DNA of 64,000 nt from Heteronotia binoei (taxonomy: Eukaryota), in NCBI RefSeq assembly GCF_032191835.1, contig NC_083233.1, forward strand, positions 31,310,001-31,374,000. The letters run 5' to 3'. The notes beneath the pieces are model-generated. The model was given only the letters and a program-made list of their open reading frames with translations. It was not told the origin of the DNA and ran no database searches. The position numbers were made by a program, and so were the translations under genes. Positions 50,196 to 61,635 of the stretch are shown here, in pieces (position 1 is the first letter of the stretch; each line of letters starts with the position of its first letter).

Positions 50196-53100
50196 TTATA
50201 CTTTCAAAAACCACCAAACTCTCCATTGCTTTTCAATATAGTCCTGAAACTTCTTCCATTCATCTTTAAATTTTTCTGCACCACTGTCTTTCAAGATTCT
50301 AGTAAGTCTATCCATTTCACTCCAATGTAAAGTTTTTAAAAACCAGTCCCATTTATCTGGTATTTCAGCTTGCTTCCACCTTTGTGCAAACAATGTTCTT
50401 GCAGCTGACAACATATACCACACCAAAGTCCTGTCTTGCTTCGGAAAACTTTCCATTTGTAATCCTACCAGAAAGGTATCTGGTGCCCTTTTAACTACAT
50501 ATACCAAAATCTTTGACATCTCTTGTTGAATCATTTGCCAAAATTGTCTCGCTCTTTCACATGTCCACCACATATGGTAAAAAGAGCCTTCATGCTTTTT
50601 ACATTTCCAACACCAATCAGATGCCTGCTTGTTCATTTTTGCTAACTTCTTAAGTGTCATATACCACCTGTATTGCATTTTCAAACAGTTTTCTTTTCTT
50701 TTATTACATGTCGATATTTTCATAGAGTTCTTCCATAGGTGTTCCCATGTCTCCATTGAAATTTCTTTATTCATATTTATTGCCCATTTAATCATTTGAG
50801 ATTTTACTACTTCATCTTCTGTAGACCATTTCAATAATAATTTATACATCTTTGCAATCAACTTTTCACCTTCCCCTAATAGCACTTTTTCCATTTCTGC
50901 CTGATCTTGCCTTATACCTTTAGTCCTGATATCTTTATCCACTAAACTTTTAATTTGTAGCATCTGGAACCAGTTCTTCCTCCGCTTTTAATTCTACTTT
51001 GCCACCCTTAATTTTTAGCAATTGTTTGTATGTAACCCATTTGTCTTCCTGTGAGTCAGAAACCCATTTTATAACTTCCATTGGTACAATCTACAGTGGT
51101 TTCCTCTCATCACCACATTTAAAATATTTTTTCCAAGTATTCAACAAACTTCTTATAAAATGATGTCGGAAGTAACCATCCATCTTCTCCTTCCCATAAT
51201 ACTAATATGCATGCCAACCAAATAGATTTCCATGACCTTCTAACGCCAATAACTTCTGGTTGGATAAGGTTATGCAGTCCTTGAGCCATACTAAACATAC
51301 TGCTTCATGGTATAATTTAAGATCCAGCAGTTGAAAACCTCCTCGTTCTTTCGCATCAATTAGTATTTTCCTTTTAATTCTTGGGTTTTTTCCCGCCCAT
51401 ACAAATTCAGAAATCTTTTTTTGCCATCTATTGAATTGTTTAACATCTTTTACAATTGGAATTGTTTGGAAGAGGAACAACATTCTTGGTAAGACATTCA
51501 TTTTCATGGCAGCTATCCTGCCCAAAAGAGACAAGTTCAGTTTATTCCATTTTAACATATCGGCTTCAATTTTATGCCAAAGTTTATCATAGTTATTTTT
51601 AAACAGATCTATATTTTTCATCGTCATCTCTACACCCAAATATCTTACTTTCGAGGTGACTTCACATCCAGTTGCATTTTGAAGTTCTTTCTGTTTGCAC
51701 GATAATAAATTTTTACTTAAAATTTGTGATTTTTCTTTATTTATGTAAAACCCAGCAAGGTCACCATATTCTCTAATTTTTTCCAATAGCAATGGTAATA
51801 CTTGTATTGGATTTTCAGTAATAAACATCACATCATCTGCAAAGGCTCTATATTTAAAAGTCCATCCTTTCAATTTTAGCCCATTTCCTTATCTTCTGTT
51901 ATTTGCAACAACAAAATCTCTAGAGTCATTATAAATAGCAATGGGGATAGAGGGCAACCTTGTCTTGTACCTTTGCTGATAACCATTTGCTCCATTAAAT
52001 CTGAATCAACACATAGCTTAGCTCGCTGTTCAGTATATATCACCTTCACCATTCTTACAAAGTCTTTTCCCAACTCTACTTTTTCCATCACAGCAAACAA
52101 AAAGTCCCAATTAAGATTGTCAAAGGCTTTCTCCGCATCAGCAAAAAAGAGTGCCACTTCTTTTTCCGGATGCTTTTCATAATGCTCTACAATGTCCACC
52201 ACTATTCTGATATTGTCTCTAATATCACTATTCTGATATTGCCTCTTCGGGAGAAAGCCTGCTTGCTCCTCACAGATAAACCTATGCAGGTTTTGTTTTA
52301 GCCTTTCCACCAAAATTTTTGCAAAGATTTTGTAGTCGTTGTTGAGCAATGAAATCAGTCTATAATTTTTCACATTTGTAGCGCCTCTGTCTTCTTTTGG
52401 TAACAATGAAATAACTGCTTCTTTCCAAGTATTTGGCACTTGCCCATTTAAACGGATATTATTCATCAATTTTTGGAGCATTGGAACTAATATATTTATA
52501 AGAACTTTGTAAAATTTTATTGAAAAGCCATCCAGTCCCAGTGCTTTCCCTATTTTTATTGAACTGATTGCAGCTTCTATTTCACTTTTTTCAATTGGAT
52601 CATTCAATGTTTCTTTCATAATTTCTGTTGTTGGATTTACCTTCACATTTTGTAAATAAACTTCTATTCTTTCTATATCAACTCGCTGGCCTTTAAATAA
52701 GTTAGCATAGTACTTGTAGAATTCCCTTTTGATGCCCTCCTGGTCTACAATTTCTTTGCCACCGGTTTTAATCTTATGTGTTTATTTTCCCTTCTTTTCT
52801 TCATTTGCTACACCAAATACTTTCCAGGTTTGTTTGCCCCTTCAAAAGACTTTTGGAGTCTTTTCAAATTCCACTCCACCTCTTTATTCAGTAAATGAGT
52901 TAACTGACTCTGTAAAATTGTAATTTCTCACAAAATTTTCTTTTTCCCCGGTCTCTTTCTTAATTCAATTTCTTTTTTACTTATTTCCTTTTGTAAGTCC
53001 AACAATTGCTTTTCATTTGCCTTTCTGTCCTTATTATTCAATGTAATTAATGTTCCTCTCATCACAGCCTTATAGGCATCCCAAACTGTTTGAAATTGTA

Positions 53101-53918
53101 CCTCTTGGTTGTCATTTATTTGTAAAAAAGCTTTAGTTTCTTTTTCTAGAGATGCCACTACCTCCACTTTCTGTAATAAGTCATCATTTATCCTCCACCT
53201 CCTCTCTTTTTTCCTCCCTTTAGCCAACCACATCAATGGGTTATGGTCTGCACCTATTTTCGGAAGAATCTCTACTTTTTTTGTGATCAACCCCAGCTCT
53301 TTTGTAGCCCATAACATATAAATCCTAGAAAAGATATTATGTCTGGCTGAAAAAAAAGTATAGTCTCGTACCCTGGGGTTGAATTTTCTCCACACATCTT
53401 CTAAGCTCTCTTGTTTGATTAGTTCAAAAAATGCTTTAGGTAGTTTCCCATCTGCATTTTTTCCCCCAGATCTATCTAAGGAGTTCTGGATAGTTCCATT
53501 AAAGTCATCCATAAGCATTATCTGATCGTATGTTACTTGATCCAGTTGTTTCATAATATCATTGAAAAAGTCACTCTTAGCCCCATTAGGAGCATAAAGT
53601 CCCAACAACAGAGTCTTTTTGCCATACATCAAAACTTCAACTGCCAAATATCTACCTTCATTATCTTTAAAAATCAGTTTTGGCTCCAGCTCCTTCTTTA
53701 TGTAAAAAATCACTCCCCCTTTTTTTTTCTTTAGCCAATGAACGAAATTCTTCCCCTAAAAATTTGTTACATAAAAATTTGTAATCCAATTGTCTAATGT
53801 GTACTTCTTGTAAACAAATTATATTACATTTTTGTTTTGTAATCCAATGAAATGTCGCTCTTCATTTCTGCGGCAAATTTAGGCCATTAACATTCCAAGA
53901 AATTAATTTGTAATCCAT
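50196..53918 (-). pseudogene. L1 ORF2 (EN-RT-cysteine-rich), several frameshifts and stops
   Basis: MDYKLISWNVNGLN, CLQE.H, DYTFFS.RH, DHNP, NYR.ISLLN.DYKI, DAEKAFD, GTRQGCPLSPLLF, FADD, CWKCKKHEGSFYHMWWTC. Confidence 0.92.
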
Positions 53919-53930
53919 AATGATTCTTCA

Positions 53931-54810
53931 ATTAAGCTGTGTCCCCAAAATCCTTATTGTCCACCAAAAACCATGCCTTGAATGTCTATTATGGAATACT
54001 TCAGCCCTTTATACTCAAAAGTAAGTCGGGCTGGTAAAATCCATCTATATCTTGTACCTTTTGCCCTTAATTTATCCATCAAAAGTTTAATTGTCATCTG
54101 TCACTGATGACTTTCCTTGGTAGTTCCTTCATTATTCTGACTCTGCTCTCCACCACCAATTCTGTTGCAAATTGTTGGCTCAAGATCCTTCCCACTATAT
54201 CTCTAGTGGTAAATTTAATTACTGTGCCTCTTGGCAATTTGTGCCTTCTGGCAAACTCTGAATTGACCCTGTACATGTAATCACATTGATCTTCAGTCTT
54301 CTCTGTATCTTCACCCAAATATTCAGCAATAATAGTCATGATATATTTCTTTAAGTCCTCTTGATTTTCTGGCACCCCCCTCAGACATACAAAGTTCTCC
54401 ATCAGCTTACAGCCTTGTAGTAGAACTTTTTCCTGAATCTTCTTTATGGTAACATCTTGATTTGTAACTCTATTTTCCACCTCTTGCATCTTCTGTGTTG
54501 TTGCTTGTGACTCCTTCCTCAGATCTTCAATTTCTTTCTTGATCTCTTTCTTTACAGCTTCAGCACTGGAATTTATTTATTTTGTTAGTTCCTTAGTTAT
54601 CGCTTTTGTTATTTCTTTAGTCTCTTTAGTCAACTTTTTCTCACTTATAGTTATCAAATCTTTCATAGCCTTTGTTAATCTGGTTTTCATAGCATTCAGC
54701 TGTTCTTGGGCAATCTTAGACATTTTGCCCTCTACTGAGCCAGCTCTTCCATGCGTTCTTAATTCATATTTTGGATCAGATATCAGACGTCAGTCTTCCC
54801 ATAGCATATA
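53931..54810 (-). pseudogene. L1 ORF1
   Basis: K/E-rich coiled coil followed by LRGVPEN, YRVNSEFARRHKLPR..VIKF, RIMKELP. Confidence 0.75.
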
Positions 54811-56109
54811 ATAGACCCCAAGTTGACTTCACCAAACTACAAACCAATAACAGGGTTCAATAGATTAGAGCATGCCCTCTTCAGCAAGCCCAAAATTGCC
54901 ATCCTCAGAGCTTCCTGGGCCAGGATATTAATATTTAAAGTTTTGTAAACATTCAAAATGGTGGCCGCAACTTTTTCAGGCCCCAACTCTATGATTTTTT
55001 GGGCTAGAGTAGACCTGGAGGTCTAGGATGTGTCCCTCTTCTCCCAGCGCTGTTTCCTGACTCTCTGGAAATGAAGTCCTGTTCTCAATGGTTTCCACTA
55101 TCTCAATAGTTCAATCGTCACTTCCTGTTTCCCAGTTGCAAGCTGAGGCTTTGTTATGATGGGGGATTTTTTTTGCAGAAGCCACAAAGGTAAACAAATC
55201 TTGTTTTTAAAAAAAATTTTCAGTGCCTATTAAAGTTCCAAGGCTACGATTTCACCCCCAGCCTCTGTAACACAGCTTTACTTCTTTGCAAATAGCTCCA
55301 AATCTTTGTTTCTTTAGTTTAAAAATGTTCTTTTAATCCCGGAATGAAAGATAAGAATTGTACCTTATCAAGTGTCCAAAACTTCCTTACACCGATCGTT
55401 CCAATCTTCAGTAGTCTATAGTCCATAGAAAATTGGGGTTGGGTGAACTTATGTCAACTTAATGACTCCAAAAAGCCTTTTAGACATTGTTATATGATTT
55501 TTCACGGGAGATTCTTCAAAGCCGAAAAGGAACCCCAGCGGCACTCCTTGCCAGCCAAACTGACATTCTACACTTGAGTCATGTTTATGATTCTATGATT
55601 CTAGTGCAGAAAATCAGTTTGGGGACAGGGCTGAAGCAGAATTAAAGGTCTAGTGTGGGATTGGTCTGTGCTAGAAGCTTTTCTCTGGCTTCTCTTTCTG
55701 TATCTTTTCTCTCACTCCTCTGGTGGTTTTGTAGGAGAACATATGCTTCTGCAGATCTCTCCTGTGCAAGCAAGCCCAGGACACCCTCATTGTTTCATAC
55801 TTGCAGCTAGCCACATATAATTGGGAACGGTATTGTTTTGATGGGGCATCTGTTTTCTTCTACTACAAAATGCAGGTAAACATGAATATGTGTCAGTAAA
55901 AGTTCTTTATTTATTGCAATGCACTGGATAAAAGTGTTTAACCATATGTGATTCAAAATTTCTTAAGTGTACAGCTTTGCTACTAACCAATGCATATCCA
56001 CAACAGGTAGATAGAAATATAGCTGTACACGGCCCCATTTAAATGAATGGGGCTTTCCTATTAAAATCCCCTTTTGGAACTTATAAACACCATCTTATTT
56101 TTGTCATAT

Positions 56110-56216
56110 CTGGGCATGGAGCAGGGGTCACTGGGGGTATGGGGGGAGGTCGTTGTGAATTCCCTGCTTTGGGCAGGGGGTTGACCTGGAGATGCCTTCC
56201 AACTCTATGATTCTAT
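56110..56216 (+). mobile_element. CR1 3'-UTR fragment
   Basis: GGGCATGGAGCAGGGGTCACTGG...CCTTCCAACTCTATGATTCTAT, same module as 23381-23496. Confidence 0.7.
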
Positions 56217-57182
56217 CTTTTGAGAAAGGTGTTTGCTGGGTTAATCTCTGTAGGCTTTGTTCCTGTTTTTATTGTTTTAATAGGTAAAACATCACCTAAA
56301 TAGGTAGATCCACTAGCTGCTGTATCTTGGCTACCTGAATAGAGTGGATCCAGTTCACCTAAAACTTTGGTTTGAATTGTGGACTTCAGAATGAATTCTA
56401 CAGTCAATCCTAGGACCTGTTCAATGAGGTCCAACATGATATATACAGTCCAGAAGATATCACAGCAACATGCCTTATCAGTGGGTGCACATACTCAATA
56501 ACGCGCTTTGCAACTGTTTATTTTACTATGTAGGAATAGCAAAATCCACTTGAAAGCACCCAGTTTCATTTAAAAGTACTTCCAAAGGCAAATAGAAATC
56601 AGCTAAAATAGCAGTAAAATATATCTCAATCTACTTCCTAAATATCTCTTGGCTTTTTAATAAGGTGGACATCTTTCTAGATGTGTTACATCCCAAGATA
56701 CCCCAGCTACTTAATCATCCATTCAGTTGAGTCACTCACTATCTTTTCTTTCATAAGAGGAAAGGTTTAATATAGGTCAACATCTATGCAGTCCCAAGCA
56801 CAGTTATACCCATTGAAGTCAATGGGCTTAGAAGGGCGTAACTCTGCATAGAATGGTAACGTATTTCAAATTAGAACATTGTATGCATGGACATCATATC
56901 CCTCTGGCCAAGTTGTCATGAGCTGTGCAAAGTGTCAGATGTCTAGATACTACGGTGAATACTGTTTTTTTCTGAAACTAATAAAACTTTTTAAAATTAA
57001 AAAGTGTGTGTGTGTGTCATATCACACACATACACCAGGCATAAGTTATGTGTGTGTGTGTGTGTATATGCCATATCACACACACACACATTTTTTAATG
57101 TCCCACATTAGAAAAGAGCAAGAGTCCAATAACATATACTGCCTCACTTTAGAAAAGAACAAGAGCCCGGTAACACCTTTAT

Positions 57183-57337
57183 GGCTGCAATCACACACAC
57201 TGAATAATGCACTTCCAATCTGCTTTCAATGCACTTTCCAACTGGATTTTGCCAGTTCACACAGTAAAATCCAGTTGGAAAGCACATTGACAATGGATTG
57301 AAAGTGCATTATTTAGTGTGTGTGTGTGATCGCAGTC
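57183..57337. mobile_element. Palindromic PIF/Harbinger-like MITE
   Basis: GGCTGCAATCACAC...GTGTGATCGCAGTC foldback. Flanks TAT / AAA are each one mismatch from a TAA target. Confidence 0.7.
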
Positions 57338-57361
57338 AAAGACTAAAAAACACATGGCAGG

Positions 57362-57401
57362 GTATGAGCTTTCATGAGTCACTGCTCACTTCTTCAGATA
57401 C
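57362..57401 (-). ncRNA. Minimal type-I hammerhead ribozyme motif (Penelope-associated)
   Basis: Minus strand GTAT-CTGAAGA-A-GTGAG(CAGTGA)CTCAT-GAAA-GCTC-ATAC: stem I GTAT/ATAC, stem II, palindromic AGCT stem III and CUC cleavage triplet. Confidence 0.6.
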
Positions 57402-57776
57402 AGCTAGAAAGGGAGTCTATCAATCCTGTATATTTGAAAGTGGAATGATTTCAGATGTCAAGTGACGTTTGCAGGCAGATAACAACAGCAGGTGAATGAC
57501 AATAAGCAGGTGTGATTGGATTAGGTGAGATATGCAGAGGGGTAGTAGGCCTGGAGGGGGACATCAAAGGACAATGTGAAACAGGGTTATTTAAATTATT
57601 AATTTAAATTAATAAATCACATTTAAATGGAATTCATAAAATGAATTAAATTGAATTAGATTTCAATGGACAGGTTGTTCATCTTGATCCTGCTTTCTAG
57701 GATGACTCACTCCATCAAAATGGAGAGTTTGTGTCTGTTTAAAGAACATTAACGCTCTATAGAAATTTTACACTGA

Positions 57777-58060
57777 GGCAGATTCCCCACTAACCTTGTT
57801 GCAGTTTTGCACTCCTTTTCCCCACAGTGCTTCTGCCTGATTTTGCACACACTGCTGCTGAGCTGTGACTTGTCCCACCTCTTTCCGAAGTTCCCTCCAC
57901 AGCTATAGGATTCTCTGAAAACTGGATTTTGATGCCGTGGAGAGAACTTGGGAAAGAGGCTGGGCAAGTCACAGCTCTGCAGCAGTGTGTGCAAAATCGG
58001 GCAGAAGCACTACCGGAAAAAGGAGGGTGGAGCCGCGACAAGGCTAATGGGAAATCGACC
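57777..58060. mobile_element. Palindromic PIF/Harbinger-like MITE
   Basis: Arms GGCAGATTCCCCACTAACCTTG...AGTGCTTCTGCCTGATTTTGCACACACTGCTGC and their complement ...CAAGGCTAATGGGAAATCGACC. Flanks TGA / TTA. Confidence 0.7.
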
Positions 58061-58309
58061 TTAATCATTGGAAGGTGACTTCTACAAACAAGATCATTGG
58101 GTCAAGATAGACTATCAGTCTATCATAGGTCAGACCATTAGCTAGGGATGCTGTCAGATGTTGTGAACACACTGTTTGATTCGAAGATTCCACTTTCTGA
58201 CAACTCTTCCCTTTTGGAATAAAACCGAAAGTGTCTTTCATCTCCATCCATACTGATAGGCTTGCTGCTCTTGCCATTGATACCCATTTTTGCACCAATT
58301 TTGTTTAAA

Positions 58310-58520
58310 TAGAGCTGATGTTGTATAGTGTTTAGAGTATAAGCCAAGACCCTGGAACAACTAAGTTTCAATCCCTAGTCTGCCATGGAAGGTGGTCATT
58401 CTTGGGCCATCATATTCTCTAAGCCTAACCTACTTCTCAAGGGGGTGGTTGTGAGAATGGAATGAAAGAAGAGAGAATGATGATACTGTCTACTTTGGAT
58501 CCTGATGAAGGAAAAGAACA
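58310..58520 (+). mobile_element. Degenerate tRNA/CORE-type SINE
   Basis: Similar head and body to 25286-25520 (TGTATAGTGTTTAGAG..., CTTGGGCCA..., CCTAACCTAC...GGTTGTGAGAAT). Confidence 0.5.
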
Positions 58521-58550
58521 AAATATAAAAAATAATAAACTATAAAAACA

Positions 58551-58684
58551 NNNNNNNNNNNNNNNNNNNNNNNNNNNNNNNNNNNNNNNNNNNNNNNNNN
58601 NNNNNNNNNNNNNNNNNNNNNNNNNNNNNNNNNNNNNNNNNNNNNNNNNNNNNNNNNNNNNNNNNNNNNNNNNNNNNNNNNNNN
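58551..58684. other. Assembly gap (N run)
   Basis: Run of N. Confidence 1.
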
Positions 58685-58809
58685 TGATGACAATATGTGA
58701 ATACTAATAAGAAAAACCAAAGAACATATCCATACATCTAGTTTAGTTTTTCTGCTTTGTCTGGCAGTAGCTCTCCAGGGTCTTTATAATGCCTGCTTTA
58801 AGAGATCCC

Positions 58810-58885
58810 TTAAGTGGAAATGCCAGGAATTGAACCTGGGATATTCTGCATGCAAAGCATGTGCTCTACCACTGACCAAATAGGT
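58810..58885 (-). mobile_element. tRNA-derived SINE head
   Basis: Reverse complement reads GGTCAGTGGTAGAGCACATGCTTTGCATGCAGAATATCCCAGGTTCAATTCCTGGCATTTCCAC, same family as 1999-2170. Confidence 0.7.
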
Positions 58886-59656
58886 CTCCTACTTCACAAG
58901 CATAAAACCAGCTTCATTGATTTCAGTGGAAATATTTCAGCTCATTTGGTGATGGGGGATCCAGAGGCCATCAACCTTTTGGGAGAATTACAGAAATGTA
59001 TAAATACAAAAATGCATTATTTCTTCAAAGCAGCATTTCAGAAGATCTTGGAGTTTTCAGTTTTCAGGAAGGAAAGTTGAAAGCAGGGTCAGAGATGAAG
59101 ACTGTGTGTATTATTCATGTGTTTGTTATCTTCATTTGCCTTCCTTGGGAACCAGATCTCACATTTTTGCAAGTGTATGGGGAGCTGAAAACTAGCTCTT
59201 TATGTCCTAGAGTCCCAGTTCAAACCTGAGCTACATGACTTCAGGTTATTCCTTAACACTATTCCTTTCCATTGTGGTTTATGATTACATTGCACCTCTT
59301 TGTCCTACCATCCACCTGGCTTCTCTGCAACTTGTCTAAGTTAGGTGAGATTTCTGACACCTGCAGCATTGTCATAACAACTTAGCCTGACAGTGTTGTT
59401 TGCAGCAATGTGTGAAGACATCTCACCCTGCTCTGAAAAAAAATGTTTTCTGGCTGCCCTGCAACTAACAGCAGTCAAAGGCTTGTTACACCTACAGGAT
59501 AAAGTTTAGTCCACATATGACAGGAAGTATGTGCTTTCAACAGGGGCTCTGGAGACCTGCATATCTCATAAGTGGCAATGGTAGCAAGTGGAGAGTTTTT
59601 TCCAGATACAATAAGGATTGATTGGTTAATAGGAGAGAAGGAGGTAAGGAAAGTTG

Positions 59657-60984
59657 TGTGAGGAAAAACCCCCTTGCATAACATCGTAATTACCAGTCTG
59701 GTTGCCAGAGCAACTGGAGAAGTGACTCACACATGTCTGGCCAGAGAGTGTGAGCACACCTATCCAGGGGCAAAAGGGACTTATGCAGTACAAGCAGCCA
59801 TAACGCTACAAAGGCACTCAAGACTGGTACAAGAGTGCCCACCAGGAGAATGGAAGACCTCCCGCTGTTCCGCATGACGTCCATCCCAGCCATGGAGTGG
59901 AAGAGACTGTGCCGCCAGGAGCTATCCAGGTGAATGGTTTTGAAGCATTGACCATGGAATCCACCGTGGAGGGCTAACATCACACGCAGACATCTTCCTA
60001 CCAGGCTTGACTCCATTCCAGCGAAGTGGACGGCTCATGTACACACCAGATGTTACCTGTGCCTGCAAGCAACCTACCCACCCCAGAAGTGGTTAATCGT
60101 CCAACCGCCACTTTCTTTGTTTAACGGAACTCAAGACAAAGACTAATGCCAAGGAGAAGACAGAAGAGGAAGACCATCTTCAGCCAGAGCCAAGTTCCTT
60201 TGTGTAAACTGGGTGTTACCTAGGCCATGATTTGACTCTCTATTGTCACCCTTTTAGTTAAGTCTAATAGTCTTAAGTATCTCCCCACACAGTAATCTCC
60301 TCTATTCTTCTCCCCAACTGTCATTTTGGAGCCTCCCCTTGGTCCATTTCAACCTGAAAGTTCACTCAGGTATCCAGGACTCAAGCATGTCCATTGGTCA
60401 AGAACAAGCACCCAATTAGGTGCCACCGATGAACTTTCTATTGGTTGTCACAGTAGTCCAGCCCTTATGGTCACTGCGAAACCTCCCCTTTTTGGGATGT
60501 CATGCATCAGCTATCAACCTTCCTCCTCCCTCGTACCTCCCATCCCCTAAGGGCTCAAGAGAGTCCTTATAATCTGTGGACTAGTTACCCACAGGTGTGC
60601 TTCTATCAGTATCCCAATTCCACTGCATAGATCCATCCCCAATTCCTGATCAGTTTTGGGTCCCTTCTCCCACTTCCTCACTCGTCGCCATTGGAGCCTT
60701 CCTTGAAGACTACGATCGGTAAATATCGCCCTGTTTGTCTACCCATGTGTTCCCCTGTCTCTCTATCTATGTTTCCTAGGACTGAATGTGTGATTTTATG
60801 AGTATTTTTATCTTGTATGGAAGGCTATATTTTTCTGAATAAATTTTAATTGTTTTTACTTAATTAGAGTCCCTAATATTTTTAAGCATTACTTTCTGGA
60901 CATGGACGTGGTAAAAGATCCTGACTAAGCCAGGTGCCCACCTGACAATTCCTCAACCTCGTTTTGAGGGCATTTTGGCTTACA
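59657..60984 (+). mobile_element. Solo LTR, 1328 bp, retroviral-type
   Basis: TGTGAG...CTTACA termini, 4-bp TSD GTTG (59653-59656, 60985-60988), CCAAT-like boxes, CTTATAA TATA (~60566), AATAAA (~60838). Homologous to 1-1078. Confidence 0.85.
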
Positions 60985-61227
60985 GTTGAGGCTATGGGGG
61001 TTGACAGGAAGGAGGAAAGAGGGAATGGCAAACAAGTGATCCGTAGTTTTCCTGGGTAGAAACTGTCAGGGAGGAGGAAAGAAAGGAAGTGGAAGATGGG
61101 GGGGCAGATAAACATGAGTAGTAAGGAGAGGTGGAAGAAGAGGAAAGAGGCTATGGGGAATTTTAGGGAAGTGAAAAAGGAAGAGTAGGGGAGAAGTAAG
61201 TGAGATTCTTAAATCAGCATACTCAGT

Positions 61228-61635
61228 GGGCGCTATCACACAAGAGATTTAGGTGGCAGTATCCCAACTCTGAAAAAGCTGGTTCTCTTTTATCCATGCC
61301 CTGGCATTCACACAGCTCCTGCTCTGCTGATGGGAGAAGCATGGGCCACATACACAAGAGGAGCATTCAGACTGCTTGTGCATGCCAGGCAGGTGCAGGG
61401 TGGGTGCAGCACATGCGCCTGGCCATCCAGACAGACAGGTAATGTGCCCTACATGCAGCTTAGAGGTTTGCTACCAGGAAGTTCCTGGTAGCTATTTAAT
61501 CCAGTCTAAGCCCATCCTCTGATGAGGTAGGTATGGGTGGGACTCAGAAGGGAGATGCACCTGTGTGATCAAACACATTAAGTCCAGATGGGAGACATAG
61601 CTAAGTTGTGCCAGATCGCTTGTGTGATCACACCC
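61228..61635. mobile_element. PIF/Harbinger-like MITE
   Basis: TIRs GGGCGCTATCACACAAG / CTTGTGTGATCACACCC and 3-bp TSD AGT on both sides. Confidence 0.6.

Larger units (their letters stand above)
49750..55560 (-). mobile_element. Full-length L1-clade LINE, decayed
   Basis: ORF1 (coiled coil plus RRM) then ORF2 with APE endonuclease, RT and C-terminal CCHC. Both ends are approximate. Confidence 0.9.
57157..57560 (-). mobile_element. Penelope-like element terminal fragment, interrupted by a MITE
   Basis: AAGAGCCCGGTAACACCTTT[MITE]AAGACTAA...GGGTATGAGCTTTCATGAGTCACTGCTCACTTCTTCAGATAC, a typical squamate Penelope end containing a hammerhead core on the minus strand. Confidence 0.65.

Noticed and set aside
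1-60984. The two related LTRs (1-1078 and 59657-60984) as the ends of one giant provirus
   Set aside because: The second has its own GTTG TSD on both sides, the two are clearly diverged, and no PBS follows the first.
61515-61560. CTGATGA hammerhead-like cores here and at ~11618 and ~58502
   Set aside because: No correctly placed stem II-GAAA-stem III-NUH arrangement.
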